From contig MU054220.1 in NCBI GenBank assembly GCA_013239625.1, forward strand, positions 1,293,509-1,357,508: a DNA stretch of 64,000 bases. The letters are read 5' to 3'. Within the stretch, counting starts at the first letter, position 1; each line of letters begins with the position of its first letter. This document shows positions 52,480 to 62,230 of this stretch, piece by piece. Source of the DNA: Lama guanicoe (Eukaryota). The translations under genes were made by a program, and so were the position numbers. Under the pieces are notes generated by a model. The model saw nothing but the letters and a program-made list of their open reading frames with translations. It searched no databases and had not been told where the DNA came from.

Positions 52480-52660
52480 CTTGTAACACAGATGAATTTA
52501 GTCCTTCACAACAACACTATGAGGTAGGTGTTCTTGGAGTCCCCATTTTCCAGATAAGAACAAGTGAGGCTCTAAACATTCGAATTGCTGGCCCAAGGTC
52601 ACACCACTAAGAAGCAGAGGAGTCAGGTCTGTCTGACTCCAAAGCCAGAGCACTAAGCAC
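52480..52660 (-). mobile_element. MIR SINE
   Basis: CACAACAACACTATGAGGTAGG...CCCCATTTTCCAGATAAG...CCCAAGGTCACAC. Confidence 0.75.
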
Positions 52661-53429
52661 CGGCATGCAATCTGCCTCTATACCCACAACAACTTCCCTG
52701 CAAGTGTCCCTCTGCAGGCCTCAGGAACAGGACCATAAGTGTGGTCCATGCTCAGTGGAAAAAGAATAAGCCCCACGAAACAAAGACATGAAAACATGGT
52801 GCCCCCCCAGCCAGCAGCAGGAAATGCAGCATCACCGTGCTGCCATGGAAACAAGGGGCACCATCAGCAAAGACTCCCTGGGCTTCTCATCTCCTGAAAT
52901 CAGAGCCAAGGATTATGTCTTTAAATGTTCAGTTAGTGGCATATAATAACTCCTCTTGGCCCCACAGAAAATATACCCAGAGATAGGAGGCAGCCACAGC
53001 CAGAGCTGGCCACGTCACAAGATAAAGAGAGATGCTCAAAGAGGACCCTGTTTCTTTAAGGGACATGGTCAATATTCCTGTGCTCTTTGGGGGTGAGGAC
53101 CACACTGGCCACTCTTCAGTCACATCTTGTGACCATTTAACCTATATTAATTCAATTATATTAACTTGCCAAAACAGAAACATAATTTGAATTATGTTCT
53201 CAGAGAAGCCTACACTGCTTCAAATCATATATTTTAATTTATACACACACAAGTGTATACAATCCATTGTGATTTAATCTCTTAAATCCTATTTTAAAAT
53301 TTTTGTAACACAATTTTTATAATTCATAATGATGGACTTTTGCCCTAACTTTAAAATCTAACTCTTGGGTAGATGAAATAATGTTCTTATAGCCCTATAA
53401 CCACTTACAAGGACCTTTAATATAATGCG

Positions 53430-53612
53430 ATCTCTTTTGATTTATCCAACTTCCCTGTGTGATAGGTACTACTATTATTATTAGCATTTTAAAAATGTGA
53501 AGGTCAAGGATCAGGAAGGTTAAGGCACTTGCCCAGGATCACACAGCTAGTTAGGTGGTGGAGCTAATATTTCAACCAGGCAGCCCAGCTCCAAATTCTA
53601 CACTCTCTTCAC
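53430..53612 (-). mobile_element. MIR SINE
   Basis: CCCTGTGTGATAGGTACTA...GGTTAAGGCACTTGCCCAGGATCACACAGCTAG. Confidence 0.75.
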
Positions 53613-53669
53613 CACCCAGGGGTCTTATTAATCTCTGCGTTCCTAAGGAACAAGGGCTAAATCTAAAAT

Positions 53670-54490
53670 AGTTGGGAAAATATATATATTTGCAACAAAA
53701 ATGAGAGCCAAAGGACTAACTTCCTTAATTTCCAAAGAACTCTGACAAATCAATAACAAAAAGACAATTTTTTTTAAATGAACAGGGAGCTAACCAAAAA
53801 AAAAAAAAAGGAAGAAATGCAAATATATTGCCCAAAACAGGAAAAAAATGCCCAACTCAAAATTTAACATATAAATAAAAGTAACAGGATACATGTTTTT
53901 TATCTCTTTAAAATGCACACGTTTTACATTTTTAACAATCCTCAATTCAGCTTATAGTATGGAGAAACAGACATTCTCTAAGCCTGTGGGTGCAGGTACA
54001 AACTGGGGGAAACATAACAGCTATGAAAATTTTAAAAGCATGAACCCACTAATCCTGCCATCCTAAAATTAGAAATCTACCCTGTGGATATCCTCATGCA
54101 GGCTGCAAGGAATATGTACCAAAGACACTCTCCGAAACATGATTTATAAAAGGGGGCAGGGTGGGGGTGTCTAAAAACAACTAAAATGTCCATTGACAGA
54201 GGAATGGTCAAATAAATATGGTAAAGTCCCACATCAGAGTATTAGGCAGTCATTTAAAAGCATGAGTTAAAACTACGGTACAGATATGAAATAATCTCCA
54301 AGATAAATAAGAAAATCAAAAGGCAAAAGAGAAAACAATGTATGTATAATGTTTTCTTTAATGTAACTTTTTGAAAAGATGAACATGGATACTTGCATAT
54401 ATTACATAGAAACATTTTTTTTCTCCCCCCGGGGAGGAAACCAAGAATACCCATGGTGGTTATCTCTTTGAAGAGGATTGATACTTTCTA
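53670..54490 (+). mobile_element. Degraded ancient L1M (L1ME-like) fragment
   Basis: A-rich, with ATATTTGCAAC...AAAGGACTAA...AAAGAACTC...AAATCAATAA, GTATGGAGAAACAG and CTAAAATGTCCATTGACAGAGGAATGG motifs. Confidence 0.6.
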
Positions 54491-54509
54491 AATGCTGCAC
54501 AGCTGTAGA

Positions 54510-54673
54510 CTGGAGACTTTTTAACCTGGGCTTTAAAAAGAGCCCACGAAACCCCTGAAATTGTATATTAATTTGTAAATATATGCCTTTCTTTTAGGGA
54601 GAAGATTCTTCCCTTTTAAATACTGGGTAAGAGTCTTAAACCTCTCCCTCCCCTGGAAGATTAAGAACCACTG
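54510..54673. mobile_element. hAT-Charlie MITE relic
   Basis: TTTTAACCTGGG...ACCCCTGAAATTGTAT...TTAAGAACCACTG terminus. Confidence 0.55.
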
Positions 54674-55515
54674 TGTTAGGTGCGTACTGGTGCTAAGTTT
54701 TAATATTCACTCACTTCTTTCTCAGAAGCCATGAAATAACAATGGGCTGGGGACAGGCACAGGCACCCAGAAAAACACCACCCTATTCCTGCCCTGGAGG
54801 ACATAGTTTGTGGCATAATAACGACATTGTCTGCTCAAGCCTCAGAAATGGCAACAGGGTACAGCTTCCTTCAAACAGGAAGAAGGAAAAGTGGAACTGA
54901 AAATTATTTGCATGTTTAAAATTAGACCTTCTGTGGGAGCTGACACTCCTTCACTTTCAGAGTGCCCCCCATCTGCTGCCTCATTACCACCACCCTTCAC
55001 CCGGGCATTTACATGCCATGGAAATTCTGAGACAATAGAATGGCTATTAAGGAATCCTATCACTAATAAGGAAGTAATAACAAATTTCCTACAGCTCTAC
55101 AGCTCCTGGTGGGGGGGGGGGCAGGGTGTTACCAGAAAAGCCACTGGAAAGCCACACGAAGAGGTGACAGAATTGCTATGGACTTCCCTGGTCTGACACC
55201 TGCGCATCCCAGGGAACTCCTTAGATTCTCTGCCTCTCGCCTCACCTCGGCTGGCAAATGCAGTGCTGCCCTTTCTCTGGAAAGGCACAGCCTATGTCAC
55301 AACTGTGATGGGGCAGCTGGGGGTGATCGGAATAAAGTCATTCCCAAAGCCTGGAAGAGTCACGAAGACAGCTGCCTCCACTCAGCACCTGTCCCACCTC
55401 CTGTCTGTCCCCAGCGTAAGCAATTTATCACATTTACAGGTTTGCCATAACTACGCCATCTTTATATAATTATTTACTCAATATTTTTCTCTAGCTCAGC
55501 TTTTTACTAAATTTA

Positions 55516-55651
55516 TCATTTTTTTTATTTTTTAGTTTGGTTTTGGGGGGAGGTAATTAGGTTTATTAATTTCTAACGGAGGTACTGAGGATTGAACCCA
55601 GGGCCTTGTGCATGCTAGGCATGCACTCTACCACTGAGCTATACCCTCCCC
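55516..55651 (-). mobile_element. Vic-1-like SINE
   Basis: Reverse-complement head (GGATTGAACCCAGG...CTACCACTGAGCTATACCCTCCCC) with a T-rich tail. Near-TSD TTACTAAATTTA / TTATTAAATTTA. Confidence 0.9.
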
Positions 55652-55969
55652 ACTTATTAAATTTAAATAAACTTATTTACTGGGACACTACAGGTAGCCT
55701 CACCCTATCTATAAAGTAATGGGCTTGATATGCAACTTGGAAATCTTTTTTTACTAACGCTCCCTCTAAAATACTTATTAAGATTTAAAAAAATGTGTTG
55801 TGAACTAAGTTCATCTTGCACACCCCCAGGGTTAATCCACACCACTTCGTGGGAAACACTTAATAAATATTTGTTACATGAATTAATGATTTGAAGCCCC
55901 ACACCTTCTCCCCAGGTAACAGAGGCAGCCACAACTAGCGACTGAATTGTGCCTTTAGATTTTACGTAG

Positions 55970-56140
55970 CAGTTCCTCCTTGTCTCATCTGATCCTCTCA
56001 ACCACCCAGTGAAGCAGGAAATATTAGTCCCATTTTCCAGATAAGGAAATGAGGAGTCGCAGAGGTTAAGTGGCTTGCCCAAGTTTATGCAGCTACTAAG
56101 TGGCCAAACAAGGACCTAAACTCAAGTCTTTCCATTCCAG
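55970..56140 (-). mobile_element. MIR SINE
   Basis: CCCATTTTCCAGATAAGGAAATGAGG...AGAGGTTAAGTGGCTTGCCCAAG. Confidence 0.8.
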
Positions 56141-56565
56141 CTCCACTAAAGCAGCCCTACCTCACAAATTCAGGCTCCCAAAGAAACACGAGCAGGAAAG
56201 AGGGCACCTGGGCTGCCCGTGTCACAGTGGAACAGACTACAGGGTTTGGGGAGCAGAAACCCAAAATAACTCCCCGCCCCATTAGAGGTCAGGCCCCACA
56301 AGCCTGTCCTTCACCACAAAAGTCTGTTACCTCCTCTCAGTTGTACACTGAAGACTTTTTCTAAAACATATGACTTCTTACAACCCAGGACAGTAAACTG
56401 GGGCAGCAGAGATGGCAGACCTGGCTCTACCACATACTAGTTATGAATCTTTGGTAAGTTCCGCACCTCAGTTTTCTCCCAGATAAAAGAAGAACATGAA
56501 CAGCACCTACGTCTTAATTATTCTGAAATGGTCTAATGAGATAATGCATTAGAACTCTTAGCCTA

Positions 56566-56692
56566 GGGAGAGGTGCAGGTGTAGCCCAGTGGTAGATGCC
56601 CTGCCTAGCATGTACAAGGTCCTGGGTTCAATCTCCAGTACCCCCATTAAAATAAATAAATAAACCTAATTATCCTCCAAAAAAAACAAACA
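56566..56692 (+). mobile_element. Vic-1-like SINE (diverged) fused to an L1 3' end
   Basis: GGTGTAGCCCAGTGGTAGA...CCTGGGTTCAATCTCCAGTAC...TAAATAAACCTAATT. Confidence 0.85.
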
Positions 56693-56850
56693 AACAATAA
56701 GGACCTACTATAGAGTAGGGGAAGCTATATTCAATATCTTATAGTAACTCTTATTGGAAAAGAATCTGAAGAAGAATATTTTATATATATTCACTTTGCT
56801 GTACACCTGACTCATTGTAAATCAACTATACTTCAATTTTTAAAATAAAT
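56693..56850 (+). mobile_element. L1 3' UTR terminal fragment (artiodactyl-type)
   Basis: AAGGACCTACTATAG...TATATTCAATATCTT...TTTGCTGTACACCTGA...AAATCAACTATACTTCAAT, homologous to the copies at 15.8, 38.0 and 38.5 kb. Confidence 0.85.
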
Positions 56851-59772
56851 GAAAATTTTTTAAATGTTGAGAAGAAATATTTGCAAATTACTGATTTTGG
56901 TGAAAAGCTATTTAGGCAAATAAACACAAGAAAATATAAAGTTAAAAAAAACCCTTAGTACAGTGCCTGCCACATATAATGTTACCTATTAATTATAATA
57001 TTATCAGCAACAGTCTGCTAGAAGGGAAACACACAGAAAATTGCCTCTTACCCTGCACTCAAAATAATTCCCCTGGCCAAGCAGTGAATGAAGTAAGTAA
57101 GTAATTGCTGATGATGTACTGGTTAAACCCAGGCCTACAGGCATCCAGCAATTCTGTCTGGGCCTCAACCCCAGGCAAAAATTACTTTTAGGAGCTAAAT
57201 AACCTCTTTGCTGACCGAAATTGCTCACTCGGGAGCCAGGATTCTCTCTGCTTAGGAAACCTAACCTATTCCGTGGTTACCTTTATCATGGGCTAAACTT
57301 GAAGTCAGCTCAAAGTCACAATCTAACCATAAACCAATTTGCTCTGTTTTCTTAAACTGTCTGCAAACAAAACATAGTTGTTTGGTTTTTCCATTGTTAT
57401 CCTGAAGCAAAACGAAAATATTTAAAGTCACCCCTGTGAGAATTTAACTAGCAATTTCAAGGAGAGTCAAAATAGTTTTTGTACCCTTGATGAAACAGGT
57501 AGGTAAGCAGGCTTAAGGATTAACTACAGTAGATAATAAACACAAACAGTTACTATTCACCAGGAAAAAAGAAAATAAAGGAAAAGCAAATCTGAAACAC
57601 TCTAAGACCAACAAAACTGCTATCAGTCACCAGTTTTTTTTTCATTTTAAAGCAGCCCACTATCAAGCTGATTTTACAAAGAATCTGTCAGGACTATTTT
57701 TCTCGAGACAAGGAGGCAAGGGGGGAAAATTGCCTTGTCACGTTGCCCAAAACATACACATAAACCAAAATTAGTGTGCAAAAATGCTACAAGAATGGGT
57801 GAAGTCATTGCAATCAGCAAAGTCCTCATGTCAGAAGCATCTCCGGCCATTCTTTCTATCTTGGAGGAGGGGAATGGATGCCTGGTTCAAAAATTGCTTT
57901 TCCAGCCCTACTAAGCACTGAGCCTTCCCAGCTTCCAAACCCACCCTCATTAATGCCCCAACAGAGCTACATCTTTTCAATGACCTGTCCATTTTTTTAA
58001 GCTGCTACAGTTGATTCCTTTTTAAAACAGACACACACACAATCCAAGGCTTACAAAACCAATCAAATGTTGGGGAAGCAGTCAGATACTTTCCCCCACA
58101 TCTCCTAAATGAACAAGCTTCAGAAATCTCAAATATGACTTTCAATCTCAAATATGATTCGACTTTGAAAAACTTAATTTACACCCCCAGTTTCAGGAGT
58201 ACATAGTGCCTATAGTAAAATGAAGAGCAAAGTGAAAACATGACCCTCCCCCACCCCAAAAAAGCATCAAAAAAAAAAAAATCCAAGGCACAGGCAGGTG
58301 ATGCAGGTTCCAATCTCAGCTCCACTACTGTCCTGTCAGGGGACCTCAGTCCAATCACTGTCTTCCATGGGACTCAATATACTTAACTTTAGGGGGGAAA
58401 AAAAAAGGGGGTCTGAGCTATCTTCAGTTCTGGTCCACAAAAATGCACTGATCCCTTGAAATATCCAATATCAAAATATACTGTTGAAAATGGATTTTGA
58501 AGATGCTTTTTCAGAGAGCCTTTTAGATTTCCTATTTTATAATGTATCCAAAAGCGAGAAATAAAGAGCCCTCTTGAGTTTCTACATAACAAATTAGAGA
58601 GGAAGGAAATATCTGAATAAGGGACAAGTGTAGCGTGGCAAGAGTCTATTGAAATACAAGGAAGGATTGGGCAAGAAATAAATTTACCCAAGAAACTTTT
58701 CGCTGATTCAAAGCATAGCTAACAACCACCATAGCCCAGGCAAAACAATAAATAATAAAATATATACACTAAAGTAAACTAAAAGATAAATGAAAGTCAA
58801 GTATTTCTTTAGTGTTAACTTTGGTACAGAGATCTTCAATATGAGGCAATATTTTTTTTAATCTCATACACTGTTCTTCATGAACTTCCCTACAGGGACA
58901 GGGAGAAGATACACTGCACCTTAATGATAATCCCAAACAGACACTGTTTAATGTTTCCAAAGCTCTTTCAGACACTGGCCAGTGAAAGCCACTCAAACAA
59001 CTATGGGGCAGGTGGTGTCACATCCATTCTACAGATGCTGTTAACTGAGGATGGTGGACACTGAAGAGCAAGTCCAGCCTGAACCTGGCCCTGGAGCTGG
59101 TTGGTTTTCTGACACCTAATGCAGCATTCTCTGCAGAAGGTCACAGTGGCTCCCAGGCCTTCAGGAGAGCCTGTTCAAAGCCGGCTGAGGAAAACTGGGA
59201 AGAGACATTAGCAATCGGAGGGCCATTGGGTGCTCAGAGTTACCATAGCCCCCAGGCCCCAGCTGTCTGCTGGTCCTGCCTGCTGGGCGGCATTGCTGCC
59301 CCAAGGCTGATATTTCTGCTCTCAGACAAACCTCTGTTTGTGCCTGAAAAGTTTTCCCAGAAACCAGGTTCTATCCCCAGCCAATAGTTCACTTCCCAGG
59401 TTTCAAACATCCTGTCCTCAGAGCTACTGTCTGTACACAATCAAGATTTTCGTTTACAAAACGCACAACAGGGGTATCACGAGGGCCCTTTCCACCGCGG
59501 GTTCGAGACCCTAGCAGGCTCCTAGAAGGCTGTGAGGACGAACGCGCTGGCTCAGCTCCCGCTGCAGGGCTAGGCGATTCTGCTCTTTCAGTTCTCCCCC
59601 TCTAGTTCCCTATCTGTGAAATGGGGACGTCTCCCAGCTGCCCTGCCTCACCCCCTAATGGGAACACCAGGAAGGGGAAACGGCGCTTTCGGAAAGGTCG
59701 GTCACCAAAATGCCAGGCACAGCATTATCTGAAAACAGAAGCTAGAAAACCGGGCGGGGGGGGGGGGGCGCG

Positions 59773-60325
59773 NNNNNNNNNNNNNNNNNNNNNNNNNNNN
59801 NNNNNNNNNNNNNNNNNNNNNNNNNNNNNNNNNNNNNNNNNNNNNNNNNNNNNNNNNNNNNNNNNNNNNNNNNNNNNNNNNNNNNNNNNNNNNNNNNNNN
59901 NNNNNNNNNNNNNNNNNNNNNNNNNNNNNNNNNNNNNNNNNNNNNNNNNNNNNNNNNNNNNNNNNNNNNNNNNNNNNNNNNNNNNNNNNNNNNNNNNNNN
60001 NNNNNNNNNNNNNNNNNNNNNNNNNNNNNNNNNNNNNNNNNNNNNNNNNNNNNNNNNNNNNNNNNNNNNNNNNNNNNNNNNNNNNNNNNNNNNNNNNNNN
60101 NNNNNNNNNNNNNNNNNNNNNNNNNNNNNNNNNNNNNNNNNNNNNNNNNNNNNNNNNNNNNNNNNNNNNNNNNNNNNNNNNNNNNNNNNNNNNNNNNNNN
60201 NNNNNNNNNNNNNNNNNNNNNNNNNNNNNNNNNNNNNNNNNNNNNNNNNNNNNNNNNNNNNNNNNNNNNNNNNNNNNNNNNNNNNNNNNNNNNNNNNNNN
60301 NNNNNNNNNNNNNNNNNNNNNNNNN
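59773..60325. other. Assembly gap (553 N)
   Basis: Run of N flanked by G homopolymers. Confidence 0.99.
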
Positions 60326-60986
60326 GGGGGGGGGGGGGGGGGGGGCGCGGCGCCCACAAAGCACGAATTAAGCACCCAGGGAAGCAAGCAGCTTCCCCGA
60401 GAGGAGGACTGCCGCCCCGAGGCACGTCTGCGAGTGGCCACCCTCTCCCGGCGCTGGGAACTTTCCCCAGAAGCATCGCCCTCCGCCCGGAGGCCCCGCG
60501 CCAGGCCCTGGCCCGGCTCCCCTAGGTCGCCGCCGCTGACCTCCGGCCCTGCCCCTCGGGCCCCCGCCGACCGGGTCGGAGGCTGGCCCTGGCTCGGCCA
60601 GGCCCGCCCGGCTCCGCGTAGGGAGCCCTCCGCAAACACGCCCCCTCCGGCCGCCTCGGGCGGGCGAGCGAGCGGGGCCCGCGCCGGCCAGATGTGACCA
60701 GCTCCGGGCAGGGCCGGGCGGGAGACGGCCTGCAGCCCGCGCGAGGGCGGCCACCAGGAGGCTCAGGGTAGCCCGGGACCCCGGATCCCGCCACCCTCCC
60801 TCGGGCACCGGCCGCCAAGGAAGGGGCTCGGTCGCCGGCGTGCGAGGCCGGCCTCCAACAGGGAGGCTCCGAGGTCGCACCGGGCCCCCAGCCAACTCCC
60901 CCGATCCCCGCAGGCGGGGCGCACCCGTGCAGGTGCAGGAGATGCCAGACCCACCCCCCCCCGCCCCACCCCCCCCCAACCCCGCC

Positions 60987-60995
60987 GCTCACCTG
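60987..60995 (-). other. PTPRJ: 5' splice donor of PTPRJ intron 1
   Basis: Minus strand reads CAG|GTGAGC, a near-consensus U2 donor directly after the Gln32 codon. Confidence 0.93.
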
Positions 60996-61088
60996 GCCCA
61001 GGCGCAACAGCAGCAGCAGCGGCGGCAGCGCCCAGCGCAGCCCCAGCGAGTGCGGAGGCGGCCGCGCCTCCCGCGCCGCCGGCTTCAT
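60993..61088 (-). CDS. PTPRJ: PTPRJ (DEP-1/CD148) exon 1 coding part: signal peptide, 32 codons, phase-0 intron follows
   Basis: Translates to MKPAAREARPPPHSLGLRWALPPLLLLLRLGQ, nearly identical to the human PTPRJ N-terminus as I recall it (MKPAAREARLPPRSPGLRWALPLLLLLLRLGQ). ATG at 61088-61086, exactly 96 nt, ending at a CAG|GTGAGC donor inside a CpG island. Confidence 0.95.
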
Positions 61089-61439
61089 GCCCCGCGCGCC
61101 CTGGAACGTGCCCGGGACGCGCGAGTCGGGCCCCGCCGTGCGCCCAAGCTCCGGCGCCCTTGTCGCCGCCTCCGGCCTCCGCCTCCGCCTCCTCCTCCTC
61201 CAGCCGGTCCGCCTCGTCCCCGCTCCGCCCGCCCCGGGCTTCCCCGGGGACATGGCAGCGGCGGCGGCGGCGGCGGCGGCCACACGGCGGAGCCCGGCGC
61301 GGCTGCCGCGGGGGGGATGCGTCCCTGGACGAGCAGGGGCTTCGCGGGGCGGAGCGAGTGGCGCCCACCCCTCGCGCGCGGCGCCCTGATCCCGGCGCCT
61401 GCGGCTCCGGTGGCTCCCGCTGCCTCCTCCGCGCGTCAT
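61089..61439 (-). CDS. PTPRJ: In-frame upstream N-terminal extension of PTPRJ (alternative AUGs at 61439 and 61253)
   Basis: Stop-free and in frame with the signal-peptide ATG: 117 extra codons from ATG 61439, or 55 from ATG 61253. The second ATG has a good Kozak context (GCTGCCATG). Contains Ala9 and TRRTGWRRRRRRRR. Confidence 0.7.
61254..61280 (-). repeat. (GCC)n trinucleotide repeat encoding Ala9 in the PTPRJ leader
   Basis: Plus strand GGCAGCGGCGGCGGCGGCGGCGGCGGC, immediately upstream (minus-strand sense) of the ATG at 61253. Confidence 0.9.
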
Positions 61440-62029
61440 GCGGCTCGGGCTGCAGGGAGCCGCGGCGAGCGCACAGCCCCCTCCCTTCCCCTCCCCCTCT
61501 GAATATTCATCGCTTCCTCCCGCCCGGGCCGGCCGGGCGGCTGCGGAGCCCCGCGGCCCCTCGCCGCCCTCCCGCGGCAGCCCCCGCCCCCGCCGAGACG
61601 GCGGGGCGGCGGGGAGGGGGCGGCGGCGCGCCCCGCGCGCGCCCGGGCGGCTCCCCTCCGGCGGGCAGAGGAAGCGCCCCCGCCTCGCCCGCCCTCTCCG
61701 CCCAGCCCTCCCACATTCCTAGGACTCGGCACCCGGGATGCGGCTCTGCCGCTCCCGAGCCACGAGCCCGTATCCCTCGCCCCGCTCCGTGGCCCTGGGT
61801 CACCAGATGTTGACTGAGATCCCTGCCGAGAGTAGAGCCAGGCCTGCGTTAAGACAGCGAAGGCCTGGTTGATCCGGCCGGTGGGTGGGCTTGGAGGCAC
61901 ATGAGCCCCTAAATTGTAGGGGATGTGCAGTGTGTTGTGTTCTCCCCGCCCGCATTCCAGGGCCAGGGACGCAGAGAGCCGGCCTTGGAGCGGGTGCCGT
62001 GATTAGGACCCCAACTCTGGCAGATGGTA

Positions 62030-62230
62030 AACCTGGCTCTGCTAGTAGTACTAGCTGTGTGACCTCGAGAGAGGCATCTCACCTCTCTGGGCCTCTTTTC
62101 CTCATCTGTGAAGAGAGGATAATACCAGTACCCAGCTAAAGAGACTTGGCTACCACGTGAAATAATGAACAGAAAAGTCTTAAACACCGGGCTTGACGCT
62201 GACACACAGTGGCCTCGGTAAGCATGAGCT
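62030..62230 (+). mobile_element. MIR SINE upstream of the promoter
   Basis: ACTAGCTGTGTGACCTCG...ACCTCTCTGGGCCTC...CCTCATCTGTGAA...GGATAATACCAGTACC. Confidence 0.75.

Larger units (their letters stand above)
56410..57005 (+). mobile_element. MIR SINE split by a ~390-bp insertion (56562-56949)
   Basis: Left part CTGGCTCTACCAC...CCTCAGTTTTCTC...AATGAGATAATGCA; right part CTTAGTACAGTGCCTGCCACATA. Confidence 0.7.
1..60992 (-). other. PTPRJ: PTPRJ intron 1 (partial; continues beyond window start)
   Basis: Lies downstream of the exon-1 donor, is repeat-rich, and has no recognisable fibronectin-III-coding exons. PTPRJ intron 1 is very long in other mammals. Confidence 0.8.
60326..61800. promoter_or_regulatory. 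CpG island / TATA-less promoter of PTPRJ
   Basis: Very high GC and CpG density spanning exon 1. GC boxes (CCCCGCCCC ~61582-61590; GGGGCGG ~61602 and ~61617) and Ets-type GAGGAAG motifs (minus ~61513-61519; plus ~61668-61674). No TATAAA seen. Confidence 0.88.

Noticed and set aside
4594..56692. tRNA-Ala(AGC)-like sequences as functional tRNA genes
   Set aside because: They carry extra 5' G-rich leaders, A tails, TSDs and stem or B-box mutations, so they are SINE copies.
59621..60697. Long ORFs of 220-358 aa spanning the N run
   Set aside because: They are open only because N codons contain no stops.
60522..60992. Continuation of the 305-aa ORF past LRLGQ
   Set aside because: It is read-through into intron 1 beyond a strong GT donor.
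60368..61900. Multiple overlapping 150-220 aa ORFs on both strands in the CpG island
   Set aside because: Stops are scarce in very GC-rich DNA and the products are low-complexity Pro/Arg/Gly/Ala. Only the frame containing the PTPRJ signal peptide is supported.
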